Positions 17,848 to 25,221 of a stretch of 32,975 nt of DNA are shown here, piece by piece; within the stretch, counting starts at the first letter, position 1; each line of letters opens with the position of its first letter. Under the pieces are notes generated by a model. That model saw nothing but the letters and a program-made list of their open reading frames with translations. It searched no databases and had not been told where the DNA came from. Position numbers and translations under genes: made by a program. This DNA comes from a virus. Taxonomy: Duplodnaviria; Caudoviricetes. The DNA is taken from positions 1-32,975 of the IMG/VR virus record IMGVR_UViG_3300045580_000406, one strand, 5' to 3'.

Positions 17848-18057
17848 ATGAAAGCAAAAGCCTTCACCAAAGAAGCACTTGACCAATACTGGGGCGAGAC
17901 AATTCTCGTCGGAACAAAAAACAATGAGTACGAAGGCGAAGTCCTTGATGTGACCGCCAAGCACCTTGTGTTGCAATACTTCAACATTGTCAAAGACGAA
18001 GTCCGTGAAATGGATATCCCATTCGCCGACATCGTTTGGGTCAAAGAACTTCTCTAA
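17848..18057 (+). CDS. small protein, possible Sm/LSm-like fold
   Basis: Leaderless; LDQYWGETILVGT..EYEGEVLDV...LVL...IPFADIVWV pattern. Confidence 0.65.
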   Translation: MKAKAFTKEALDQYWGETILVGTKNNEYEGEVLDVTAKHLVLQYFNIVKDEVREMDIPFADIVWVKELL

Positions 18058-18407
18058 ACCAGAACCACCCAGCATCAGGTTTCTTCCGCCCCGTTTTTCA
18101 GCCGGCCCTTTCCGCCACCGTCATCATTAGGGCATATACACACGCGTTCGTGTGTTCCGGGGCTTCGACCTCTTCAGCTGGCTTCTTCCTGAGTTATGGC
18201 TGCTTGTTATCGGAGTTGCTAACGGCTCAACCCCTTTCCGACCTGCGACCCAGATCAGAAGACCATCTGGAGAGCCCAGCCTTTGCCGTAGCCCGTGCTT
18301 TGCGGCTAACGACTTCGCTGGGCTGCCGCCGTCGGTGCGCATTGTTGGCTGGATAAACTTCGCTTGGCAGGTTGCGATTATGCCCCATAACCGATAGGAT
18401 TATTCCC

Positions 18408-18692
18408 ATGACAACCACACAACCAACAATGAAGTGGAAACTCTCCACTTACGGACGACAAACTGGAAACCTTTGGGCATCGGACGACCATGAGTTCCAA
18501 CTTGACATATGGCAGGACGATGAAGGCAAGTTGCTGGTTCGCCTCATGCGAGACGGAGTTCAGTTCGCCACTCAAACTTTTCGTGACTGCGAGACGCAGC
18601 ACCATGACAGCGAGCGTTGGCTCAACGACCAAGTTGGCTACCCCAACCCGTTCGCAGGTATCCTCGCTAATCCCGAGGCGTGGGCTAACTAG
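18408..18692 (+). CDS. hypothetical protein
   Basis: Leaderless ATG 7 nt after TAGGAT. Confidence 0.7.
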   Translation: MTTTQPTMKWKLSTYGRQTGNLWASDDHEFQLDIWQDDEGKLLVRLMRDGVQFATQTFRDCETQHHDSERWLNDQVGYPNPFAGILANPEAWAN

Positions 18693-18871
18693 CCCGAGCG
18701 CAACCGCCACTCCCCCCCGAGTGGCGCGAGCGCGCGTCCCGCTTTGGAGCTTGTTTATAGTTGGTGCTTCGTATGGCACGGCTGGGACGCAGCAAACCAG
18801 AAGGCTGGGCTTCCAGAAGATGTCCTGAGACGCAGGTTGCGATTAGTACCCATAATGGGTAGACTGAAACT

Positions 18872-19426
18872 ATGACAACTGAAACCGAAACCAAGTGTTG
18901 CGAGTGCGAAGAAGCCGTAGATCTAGACGGCGACCACGGGTGGAGCGCAGTAAAAGAGGACTATCTCTGCTGGGGTTGCTATGAGAGCGACACCAACTAT
19001 TGCTCAACCGTCAATATCGTCTCCATTGAGGGCGTGGTGAAGAAGTACTACATCGGAGACCACGTTCGTATGACTGAGTACGGAGACGACTTGTACCGAG
19101 AAGGCGTAGTTATAAACCGTGAGTACATTCATTCAGGCGGTTATCGTGGGCACTACGAGACGACCATTGAGGGCTGGACTGACATTCTCAACGGCTGGAC
19201 TACGGGTGGCTGGGGAGACGAAGTTGCTCAACGCAAGCAACAGTTCAATGAGTGGGCTGACCAAATCCTGAAGGGTGAGCTGCTCCCACCAGCCCCGGTC
19301 GCCATCGCGGCAGACCCGACGAGCAATGTCTTTAGCACGGCTATCACCGTACTCACCCCCGAGCCCGAGAAGGTTCGTGCGTGGCTCACCGAAGACTATG
19401 AAGGTCTTTACGAAGCCCTTTCCTGA
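18872..19426 (+). CDS. hypothetical protein with N-terminal Cys motifs
   Basis: Leaderless; CCEC and CWGC. Confidence 0.75.
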   Translation: MTTETETKCCECEEAVDLDGDHGWSAVKEDYLCWGCYESDTNYCSTVNIVSIEGVVKKYYIGDHVRMTEYGDDLYREGVVINREYIHSGGYRGHYETTIEGWTDILNGWTTGGWGDEVAQRKQQFNEWADQILKGELLPPAPVAIAADPTSNVFSTAITVLTPEPEKVRAWLTEDYEGLYEALS

Positions 19427-19502
19427 GGCTAAGGCGGGGCCCCCGTCGGATCATTTCGGATCGCAGGTTGCGATTACACCTGATAACCGATAAACTGAAA
19501 CT

Positions 19503-19697
19503 ATGAACACACCACAACAAGAAAACTGGGTGGCAGAATGGTCTGCCGAAGACCACCACTTGTTCGCAAGTTGGTTGGAGAAGTTGGAACAGAAACTTGA
19601 CCCGTGGGACTACTCAAAGTACCAGCAGTGGGTGGACACGGCTTGGGACAATGAGATACTTCCCACCAATGTCTCCGAGTACCTCGCCACCAGATGA
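19503..19697 (+). CDS. hypothetical protein
   Basis: Leaderless ATG 6 nt after TAAACT. Confidence 0.7.
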   Translation: MNTPQQENWVAEWSAEDHHLFASWLEKLEQKLDPWDYSKYQQWVDTAWDNEILPTNVSEYLATR

Positions 19698-19881
19698 TCT
19701 GGACTGGGAGCCCAGGCTTTCAGCTTGCGCTTTCCGCCACCGTCACTCTTAGACGATAAACACACACCTTCGTGGGTTTCGGGGCTCTTTGATCCTGATC
19801 TCGGATCAGCCCGATCCCCCTCTTTGACCGATCTCGTGGCGCAGGTTGTGATTATGCCCGATAACCGATAGACTTGTCCGT

Positions 19882-20139
19882 ATGACAACCACACCACTTC
19901 CAGTCCATCCGACAGACCCAAGTATCGCCGAGATCCTCACGCAGGAATACTTCTCCATTGGCACTACGCCCGTTCAGGCGATAGCCACAATGTGGGCAGA
20001 CTTCGCCGAAGGTCGCCTCGCCGACAACCTCACCGAGTGGGGTATCTCCGAAGCCGAACTCGTTGCCCACTTCATTGCGTTCGCCAAGACCGTGACCGAG
20101 TGTGGCGCACTCCACAAACTCATTACCCCAGTCGCCTAG
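19882..20139 (+). CDS. hypothetical protein
   Basis: Leaderless ATG 7 nt after TAGACT. Confidence 0.7.
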   Translation: MTTTPLPVHPTDPSIAEILTQEYFSIGTTPVQAIATMWADFAEGRLADNLTEWGISEAELVAHFIAFAKTVTECGALHKLITPVA

Positions 20140-20148
20140 CCCACTCCC

Positions 20149-20412
20149 CTAGTCCGATACGCCCCCCGTGTCGGCTAGGGGTTGGCTTGCGCCCCGATCT
20201 TCTACTAGGTCGTAGACAGCCATCAGGTTGGGGCGTTTTGCTGGTTCGCCACCCACTTCGCCCCCACCCTGAAGAACTCTGAGCGAAAGGCTGGGCTTCA
20301 GTGACATCAACAGCTCCTCTTGCGTTTCTGCCAACTGAAATAGATGTGCCTCAACTTCATCTAGAAGCATTTGTAACTTCTTTATCTTTCGCTCAAACAA
20401 TTCGTTTTCCAT
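20149..20412 (-). CDS. hypothetical protein
   Basis: Coiled-coil-like N-terminus; TATTGT shortly upstream of ATG 20412. Confidence 0.45.
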   Translation of the reverse strand: MENELFERKIKKLQMLLDEVEAHLFQLAETQEELLMSLKPSLSLRVLQGGGEVGGEPAKRPNLMAVYDLVEDRGASQPLADTGGVSD

Positions 20413-20605
20413 TGGCGAGAACAATACCATCACGAGCCGGCGACGCGGTCAGCCCCGTTTTACCTGGATGCCCCTCTCCGCCGCTGCCGCAGCCAGATTT
20501 GCTTCGCTACCAGAAACGCTGGGCTCCCAGTCTTCAGGGGGGGTGGAGAAAAATGATTTGTGGTCGCAGGTTGTGGTTGTCGGTAATAACCGATAGAGTG
20601 AACTT

Positions 20606-20704
20606 ATGACACACACGATTATGTACATAGAAGGGTTGCTACTCGGAGTGCTTCACGGAGTACTCATTGGGTATGTACTCGGGAGAAGGAGCAAGCGCAA
20701 ATGA
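20606..20704 (+). CDS. small membrane peptide (32 aa)
   Basis: Leaderless; MTHTIMYIEGLLLGVLHGVLIGYVLGRRSKRK; ATGA overlap with the LysM gene. Confidence 0.6.
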   Translation: MTHTIMYIEGLLLGVLHGVLIGYVLGRRSKRK

Positions 20705-21042
20705 ACGAGGACGCATATCGCTTCATCAAGGCGATACTCGCAAGCATCACACTCGCAATACTCGCATTGTTTTGCTTCGTGACAGTGAATGGCTACTTGA
20801 GCAAGCAAAGCGAAAAGGCGAACGAATACTTCTGCGACGGAGCCCCGATCATCGTTCAGGACGGTGACACGCTGTACTGGATTGCCCGTGAGAACTGTGT
20901 CGGCAACATCATGAATGTCGTAGACACGCTCGTCAATGTGTATGGTTCAGACATTCAGGTCGGTCAAAAGATTTACTTGCCTACCCACCCGTCTTGCGGT
21001 CTGCGCCTCACAGACGGCGGTGACGCTGTAGACGACTGCTAA
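20701..21042 (+). CDS. membrane-anchored LysM domain protein
   Basis: N-terminal TM segment; IVQDGDTLYWIA...IQVGQKIYLP. Confidence 0.8.
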   Translation: MNEDAYRFIKAILASITLAILALFCFVTVNGYLSKQSEKANEYFCDGAPIIVQDGDTLYWIARENCVGNIMNVVDTLVNVYGSDIQVGQKIYLPTHPSCGLRLTDGGDAVDDC

Positions 21043-21392
21043 TGTCTGTCGCCCTTGACACAGACGAACCACTTGGTCACATCTGCGACGCCTGTGGGTC
21101 GGGGCTCCCGACTCAGGGATGGCACGTCCCATATCAACAAATGGGTTACTACAACGGTTTCACGGACAACCTTGATGTGCTGTTGTCAGAGGAAGAGCCG
21201 AAGTACTGGTTTCTTTGTCACGACTGTATTGTCAAGTTCCTCACCCTGTTCCCTCGCTTAGGAGAGTTCTTGGATCAAGGAGAGCATCCGTGCGACGCGG
21301 AGGCCCCGTGTTGCTCGTGGGCGTGGAAACTCGCCGAGGACGGAACTTTGCTGGTTGCGAACGCCGATGGGTGGGTCGCTAAGTCCAAATGA
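21042..21392 (+). CDS. putative zinc-binding protein
   Basis: CDACG and LCHDC; TAATG coupling. Confidence 0.65.
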   Translation: MSVALDTDEPLGHICDACGSGLPTQGWHVPYQQMGYYNGFTDNLDVLLSEEEPKYWFLCHDCIVKFLTLFPRLGEFLDQGEHPCDAEAPCCSWAWKLAEDGTLLVANADGWVAKSK

Positions 21393-21699
21393 TTTTGGCT
21401 ACACCTGCCCTTCGCAGGTAACTCAAACACTTGCGACAAGGACGAGAGTGGGCTGGTCTGCCATTGGCAAGAACCCGAGCCACGTACACCGTGCTGCCGG
21501 CAACGCGGGACCGCGCAGCTGCCGCAGCTGCCACCTCTGCGTGGATGTGCGAACGCCTCCACTCTTTAGAAGGGTCGCCAACTTTCTTGTTCGTAGCCCG
21601 TGAGATGACTTTGCCGTTATAAACCACAACAGCACCATGTCTGTATCTACACCTGCTGGTGCGAGCCAACTCAACTGCGGTTTCCAGATGCTTGTTCAT
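21379..21699 (-). CDS. zinc-dependent cytidine/deoxycytidylate deaminase-family protein
   Basis: HGAVVV, HAE, SRPCRKC. Confidence 0.85.
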   Translation of the reverse strand: MNKHLETAVELARTSRCRYRHGAVVVYNGKVISRATNKKVGDPSKEWRRSHIHAEVAAAAAARSRVAGSTVYVARVLANGRPAHSRPCRKCLSYLRRAGVAKIIWT

Positions 21700-21778
21700 G
21701 TCCCGCGAAGATCATAGTCGCTTTCCGCCACCGTTAACCCTAAACGTAATACACACGTGTACGTGGGGTTCGGGGCTC

Positions 21779-21940
21779 CTAGTCCCTTAGCAGATGACCC
21801 CATTTAGACCAAATAAAGTCTTCTGCGTCATCACAGTCTTTGGCGGTGTAACTGAACATTGAGTTGGGGTCTTCGCACTCGGTTCTCAGGTACTGGATAG
21901 CCCCGAGTATGAGGCTTAGACGCTTCCGTGATATTCTCAT
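21779..21940 (-). CDS. small hypothetical protein (53 aa)
   Basis: Not in ORF track; MRISRKRLSLILGAIQYL...WGHLLRD fills the gap. Confidence 0.4.
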   Translation of the reverse strand: MRISRKRLSLILGAIQYLRTECEDPNSMFSYTAKDCDDAEDFIWSKWGHLLRD

Positions 21941-22056
21941 TTTGTTTTTCATACCCTATGTAGACAGCCAAAAAATCGCTTGGTCAGTAAAAATCCAAAC
22001 TTTTTATTTTTTGTAAAAAAGTTGTGGTTGTACCCCATAACCGATAAAGTGAACTT

Positions 22057-22332
22057 ATGGACACACCTACTGCCCTACACGACCAAGACTTCACTTGGCA
22101 CAATGACGCAAACTGCGTTGGCTTAGACACAAGCCTGTTCTTCTACGAACGCAACGAACCAAAGAAACGAGAGCAAGCACGAGCCGTCTGCGCTGGCTGT
22201 CTAGTCCGAGAGGAATGTCTGAACTTCGCTCTCACGAACAACATCATTGACGGAATGTGGGGTGGCAAGTCAGGCAGGGAACGCCGACAAATCAAGCACG
22301 CCCGACTTCACAAAAAGAAAGTAGCCGTCTGA
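22057..22332 (+). CDS. whiB: WhiB-family transcription factor
   Basis: WHNDANCVG...CAGC.V.EECL...GMWGG.SGRERR; basic tail; leaderless family-A promoter. Confidence 0.92.
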   Translation: MDTPTALHDQDFTWHNDANCVGLDTSLFFYERNEPKKREQARAVCAGCLVREECLNFALTNNIIDGMWGGKSGRERRQIKHARLHKKKVAV

Positions 22333-22402
22333 TGGCTTATCGGGGGCCCCGGTTTTACCGTCGTCTTCGCCACAAGTGGCTGAACAGAAAGGGGTACACG
22401 GT

Positions 22403-22468
22403 ATGAGCAAGCGACTAATTTTCGCTATCGCAGTAACCATTTTCGCCGTCATCTACTTCACTAGATAA
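22403..22468 (+). CDS. small hydrophobic peptide (21 aa)
   Basis: RBS GAAAGGGG; MSKRLIFAIAVTIFAVIYFTR. Confidence 0.45.
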   Translation: MSKRLIFAIAVTIFAVIYFTR

Positions 22469-22471
22469 CAG

Positions 22472-22520
22472 GCTCGCTTCGCTCGCACCCCAGCGTCCAA
22501 CGGACGCCGGGGGCCCCGTC
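22472..22520 (+). repeat. family C hairpin element, copy 1
   Basis: TCGCTTCGC-N-ACCCCA-GCGTCC-aac-GGACGC-CGGGGGCCCCG. Confidence 0.75.
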
Positions 22521-22760
22521 TTAACGCTTGTCGTGTGAGAAAGTATTGAGAAGTTCTTTGACGCTCGGTGTCTGTTCACCGATGACACCCTGAAGTTCTC
22601 TGATGCTCTTCAGCAAAGCCGGGGCCTCACCCGCGGCGGAAGCTGCCTCGTGTTCCATTTCCAGCACACGCCTTTCCATCGCACGCAGGCGTTTATCAAA
22701 ACCATCTAGCCTGTAAGCAATAGCGTCAATGCGCTGTAAGATTTGGGTCTCTTCTTCCAT
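22521..22760 (-). CDS. hypothetical coiled-coil protein
   Basis: TATAGT 6 nt before ATG 22760 (minus strand). Confidence 0.55.
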   Translation of the reverse strand: MEEETQILQRIDAIAYRLDGFDKRLRAMERRVLEMEHEAASAAGEAPALLKSIRELQGVIGEQTPSVKELLNTFSHDKR

Positions 22761-24707
22761 ATGGCAACTATACATAACAACTCCTTCCTCAGGCTTGAAA
22801 CCGACCATTTAGTTTTAGATTTTCCCTACGACCGAGAACTCGTGGAAGACATCAAACGGATTGACGGGGCCAAGTGGGACAAAGTCGCACGTGTATGGCG
22901 TGTACCCATGAAGAGCATTACCGCTGCTCGCACATTCGCCACACAAAACCATTTTCAGGTTGATAACGAAGTGCTGGTGTTCTCGCCGCCCAAACGAGTA
23001 GTAGCGAGGCGCGGCGTATACATCCAAGACGAATTTGTGTACCTGTCATTTGATTACGACCCAGTGATGGTCAGGTCAGTCAAACAAGTTCCAGGAGTTA
23101 CTTGGCATCCAGATTCGAAAGCTTGGCGAGCCCCGTTGACGTCCCTGGAGAACGTGATCCAATGGGCTGACACCTTCGAACAGCACATCGAACCAGAGGT
23201 TAAACAAAAAGCAAGCCAAATCAAGGACAACCTTTCAGAACTGAAGGAAGCCTCCCGTGCTGTCGACGCAGCTATCGAAATTCCTGGGCTGGTCGGATCG
23301 TTGATGCCGTATCAGAGGGCTGGGGTCGCATACGCAAATGAGGCACGGAAATGTTTCATCGCAGATGAGATGGGTCTTGGTAAGACGCTCCAAGCAATGG
23401 CAGTTCTCCAAGTCGCCGGCCAGGCGTCCCCATCAGCCCCGAGTTATCCGGCCGTCGTGGTGTGCCCAGCGAACTTGGTTCTTAACTGGAAAGCCGAATA
23501 CAACCGTTTCTTCCCCGACATTCGTGTCTCTGTGGTCAAAGACCGAAAGACTTTTCCCGATGAAGGAACATACGATGTCGTAGTTGTGGGCTACTCCAAT
23601 CTTACTCATTGGGAGAAGTTGTTGTCAAATCATAACTCGTATGTGTTTGATGAATCCCATTACTGCAAGACACCAACTGCTCAACGAACCCGCTCTGCAG
23701 CGAAAATCGCTGCATCAGCCCCGAAGTCTGGAGTTGTTCTCTGCCTGACAGGAACGCCCGTAACCAACCGACCAGCCGAATACGCATCTCAACTTCAGAT
23801 AATCGGGCAACTCAACAAGTTCGGTGGCTTGTGGGGTTTTTACCGACGCTACTGCGATGCCTATAAAGATAAGTGGGGTCAATGGCATTTGGAGGGGCAC
23901 TCACATCTTGACGAACTCAACGACCGACTTCGTAGTACCTGCTACATCAGGCGCACTAAAGACCAAGTCCTCACCGATTTGCCACCCGTCATCCACAGCC
24001 CGATGCTGGTGGACGGGGCTGCACTCTGGCGAGCTGAGTACGACAAAGCAGAGAAGGACATCATTGAGTACATTGTGAACAGGGCGAAAGAGATAGCCAA
24101 GGAGTTGGGGGTCAGCCCGTACTCGGCAGGGGTGGTGGCACGCATCAAGGCGGAGTCCAACGAACACCTTGTGAAACTTTCAGTGCTGCGTCGCCTCGCT
24201 GCCAAAGGAAAAATGGACGCGGTCCAGGAGTGGATTCAGTCCCGCATTGAAGCCGGCAAAAAAGTCGTCATTGCAGCACACCACAGGGATGTAGTTGATG
24301 AGATTGCCAAGAAGTTCAATGCTGTTCGTATTCAGGGTGGTATGAAGATTGAAGATGTGGAAGAAGCAAAACGCAAGTTCCAGAACGACTCTTCCGCCAC
24401 CGTAATGGTTTTGAGTATCCAAGCTGCGAAGACGGGGCATACCCTGACTGCTGCTCAAGATATCTTGTTTGTGGAATTACCTTTTACCCCTGCTGATGTT
24501 GATCAGACTTACAGTCGTTTGCATAGGCATGGTCAGACTGGTTCGGTTACTGCAACTTACATGTTGATGAGCGGGACCATTGACGAAGCAATTTACGGGC
24601 TCATTGAGAAGAAGCGCAAGGTCGTGAACTCGGCGGTTGATGGGGACATAGACGACGATGATGACGCCTCAACGGCTCAACTCGTTTTGAGTTTTTTACA
24701 GAAATAG
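22761..24707 (+). CDS. SNF2-family helicase with two N-terminal HARP-like repeats (SMARCAL1-like)
   Basis: ADEMGLGKT, DESH, LTGTP, GHTL, QTYSRLHRHGQ; repeats FPYD...KWD...W and FDYD...TWH...W. Confidence 0.9.
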   Translation: MATIHNNSFLRLETDHLVLDFPYDRELVEDIKRIDGAKWDKVARVWRVPMKSITAARTFATQNHFQVDNEVLVFSPPKRVVARRGVYIQDEFVYLSFDYDPVMVRSVKQVPGVTWHPDSKAWRAPLTSLENVIQWADTFEQHIEPEVKQKASQIKDNLSELKEASRAVDAAIEIPGLVGSLMPYQRAGVAYANEARKCFIADEMGLGKTLQAMAVLQVAGQASPSAPSYPAVVVCPANLVLNWKAEYNRFFPDIRVSVVKDRKTFPDEGTYDVVVVGYSNLTHWEKLLSNHNSYVFDESHYCKTPTAQRTRSAAKIAASAPKSGVVLCLTGTPVTNRPAEYASQLQIIGQLNKFGGLWGFYRRYCDAYKDKWGQWHLEGHSHLDELNDRLRSTCYIRRTKDQVLTDLPPVIHSPMLVDGAALWRAEYDKAEKDIIEYIVNRAKEIAKELGVSPYSAGVVARIKAESNEHLVKLSVLRRLAAKGKMDAVQEWIQSRIEAGKKVVIAAHHRDVVDEIAKKFNAVRIQGGMKIEDVEEAKRKFQNDSSATVMVLSIQAAKTGHTLTAAQDILFVELPFTPADVDQTYSRLHRHGQTGSVTATYMLMSGTIDEAIYGLIEKKRKVVNSAVDGDIDDDDDASTAQLVLSFLQK

Positions 24708-24742
24708 TTGCAATTAGTACCCATAATGGTTATGATGTACTC

Positions 24743-24961
24743 ATGACAACAATCATCTACCCAATCCCATCCAAGAGCGACATGATGTACGAAAAGGGAA
24801 TGCCCGTAGCGGTAGTCCAAGTCGGAACTCATGTAGACATCTGGGTTCGTTCAGCAACTGGCGACAGTAGCGACAGCCACACCTTCACCATTCCGTGCCA
24901 TACTGAAGCACAAGCGAAGCACATTGTGGAGAACTACAAGTCTCTGTTTGGTTTCAAATGA
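24743..24961 (+). CDS. hypothetical protein
   Basis: Leaderless ATG 6 nt after TATGAT. Confidence 0.7.
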   Translation: MTTIIYPIPSKSDMMYEKGMPVAVVQVGTHVDIWVRSATGDSSDSHTFTIPCHTEAQAKHIVENYKSLFGFK

Positions 24962-25089
24962 GCGGAATGTTCGGTCGCAGGGTGAGCAAAGGCTCATACA
25001 CCACATCTAAAGGCACTCGCAAGTATCGCCATACTGCTGGATACAAGATCAAGCGCATCGGCGGTTCTTACAAGCGAAAGCCCTTTTAG
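24958..25089 (+). CDS. small basic peptide (43 aa)
   Basis: ATGA overlap; K/R/G/S-rich; followed by a hairpin at 25094-25139. Confidence 0.45.
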   Translation: MSGMFGRRVSKGSYTTSKGTRKYRHTAGYKIKRIGGSYKRKPF

Positions 25090-25221
25090 GTTTTATCCGA
25101 AGGCTGGCGGTGCGCCCCCCGTTCGTCAGCCTTCGGGTAGAAATCCTCGCACACAGGCGGAAGCAACTTTGAGTTAGGCGGCGGAACTGGGATAAGTTTC
25201 CGACAGCCCCAGCCCCGGGCT

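Larger units (their letters stand above)
5517..24403 (+). repeat. family B: dispersed asymmetric 12-mer TTCC(G/A/T)CCACCGT, 12 copies, all on the + strand
   Basis: Starts at 5517, 6448, 7987 (one mismatch each) and 9439, 10926, 12563, 15023, 16478, 18110, 19732, 21723, 24392 (exact). Confidence 0.85.
7850..24736. promoter_or_regulatory. family A: 20 copies of a sigmaA-type promoter (a)ggTTGnnn-N9-ATAACCGA-TAnnnT
   Basis: -35 to -10 spans, all with 17-bp spacers. Minus strand: 7850-7878, 9406-9434, 10491-10519, 11825-11853, 12470-12498. Plus strand: 12883-12911, 13503-13531, 14092-14120, 15183-15211, 15896-15924, 16559-16587, 16761-16789, 17812-17840, 18372-18400, 18837-18865, 19468-19496, 19846-19874, 20571-20599, 22022-22050, 24708-24736. 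Confidence 0.85.

Noticed and set aside
19610-19921. Shared peptide SSKSDGGGK in minus-strand ORFs 19610-19921 and 12480-12770
   Set aside because: Simply the translation of the motif-B DNA repeat; other copies do not sit in equivalent ORFs
12883-22050. Integron attC cassette array
   Set aside because: GTT...AAC order is opposite to attC (RYYYAAC...GTTRRRY), the repeats fit promoter geometry, and no integrase is in the window
7850-24736. CRISPR array interpretation of the repeats
   Set aside because: Repeats are degenerate, irregularly spaced by hundreds of bases and separated by genes; no cas genes seen
25090-25221. Possible tRNA or known ncRNA in the structured gap between convergent genes
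   Set aside because: No cloverleaf or T-loop GTTCRA; explained by a terminator-like hairpin
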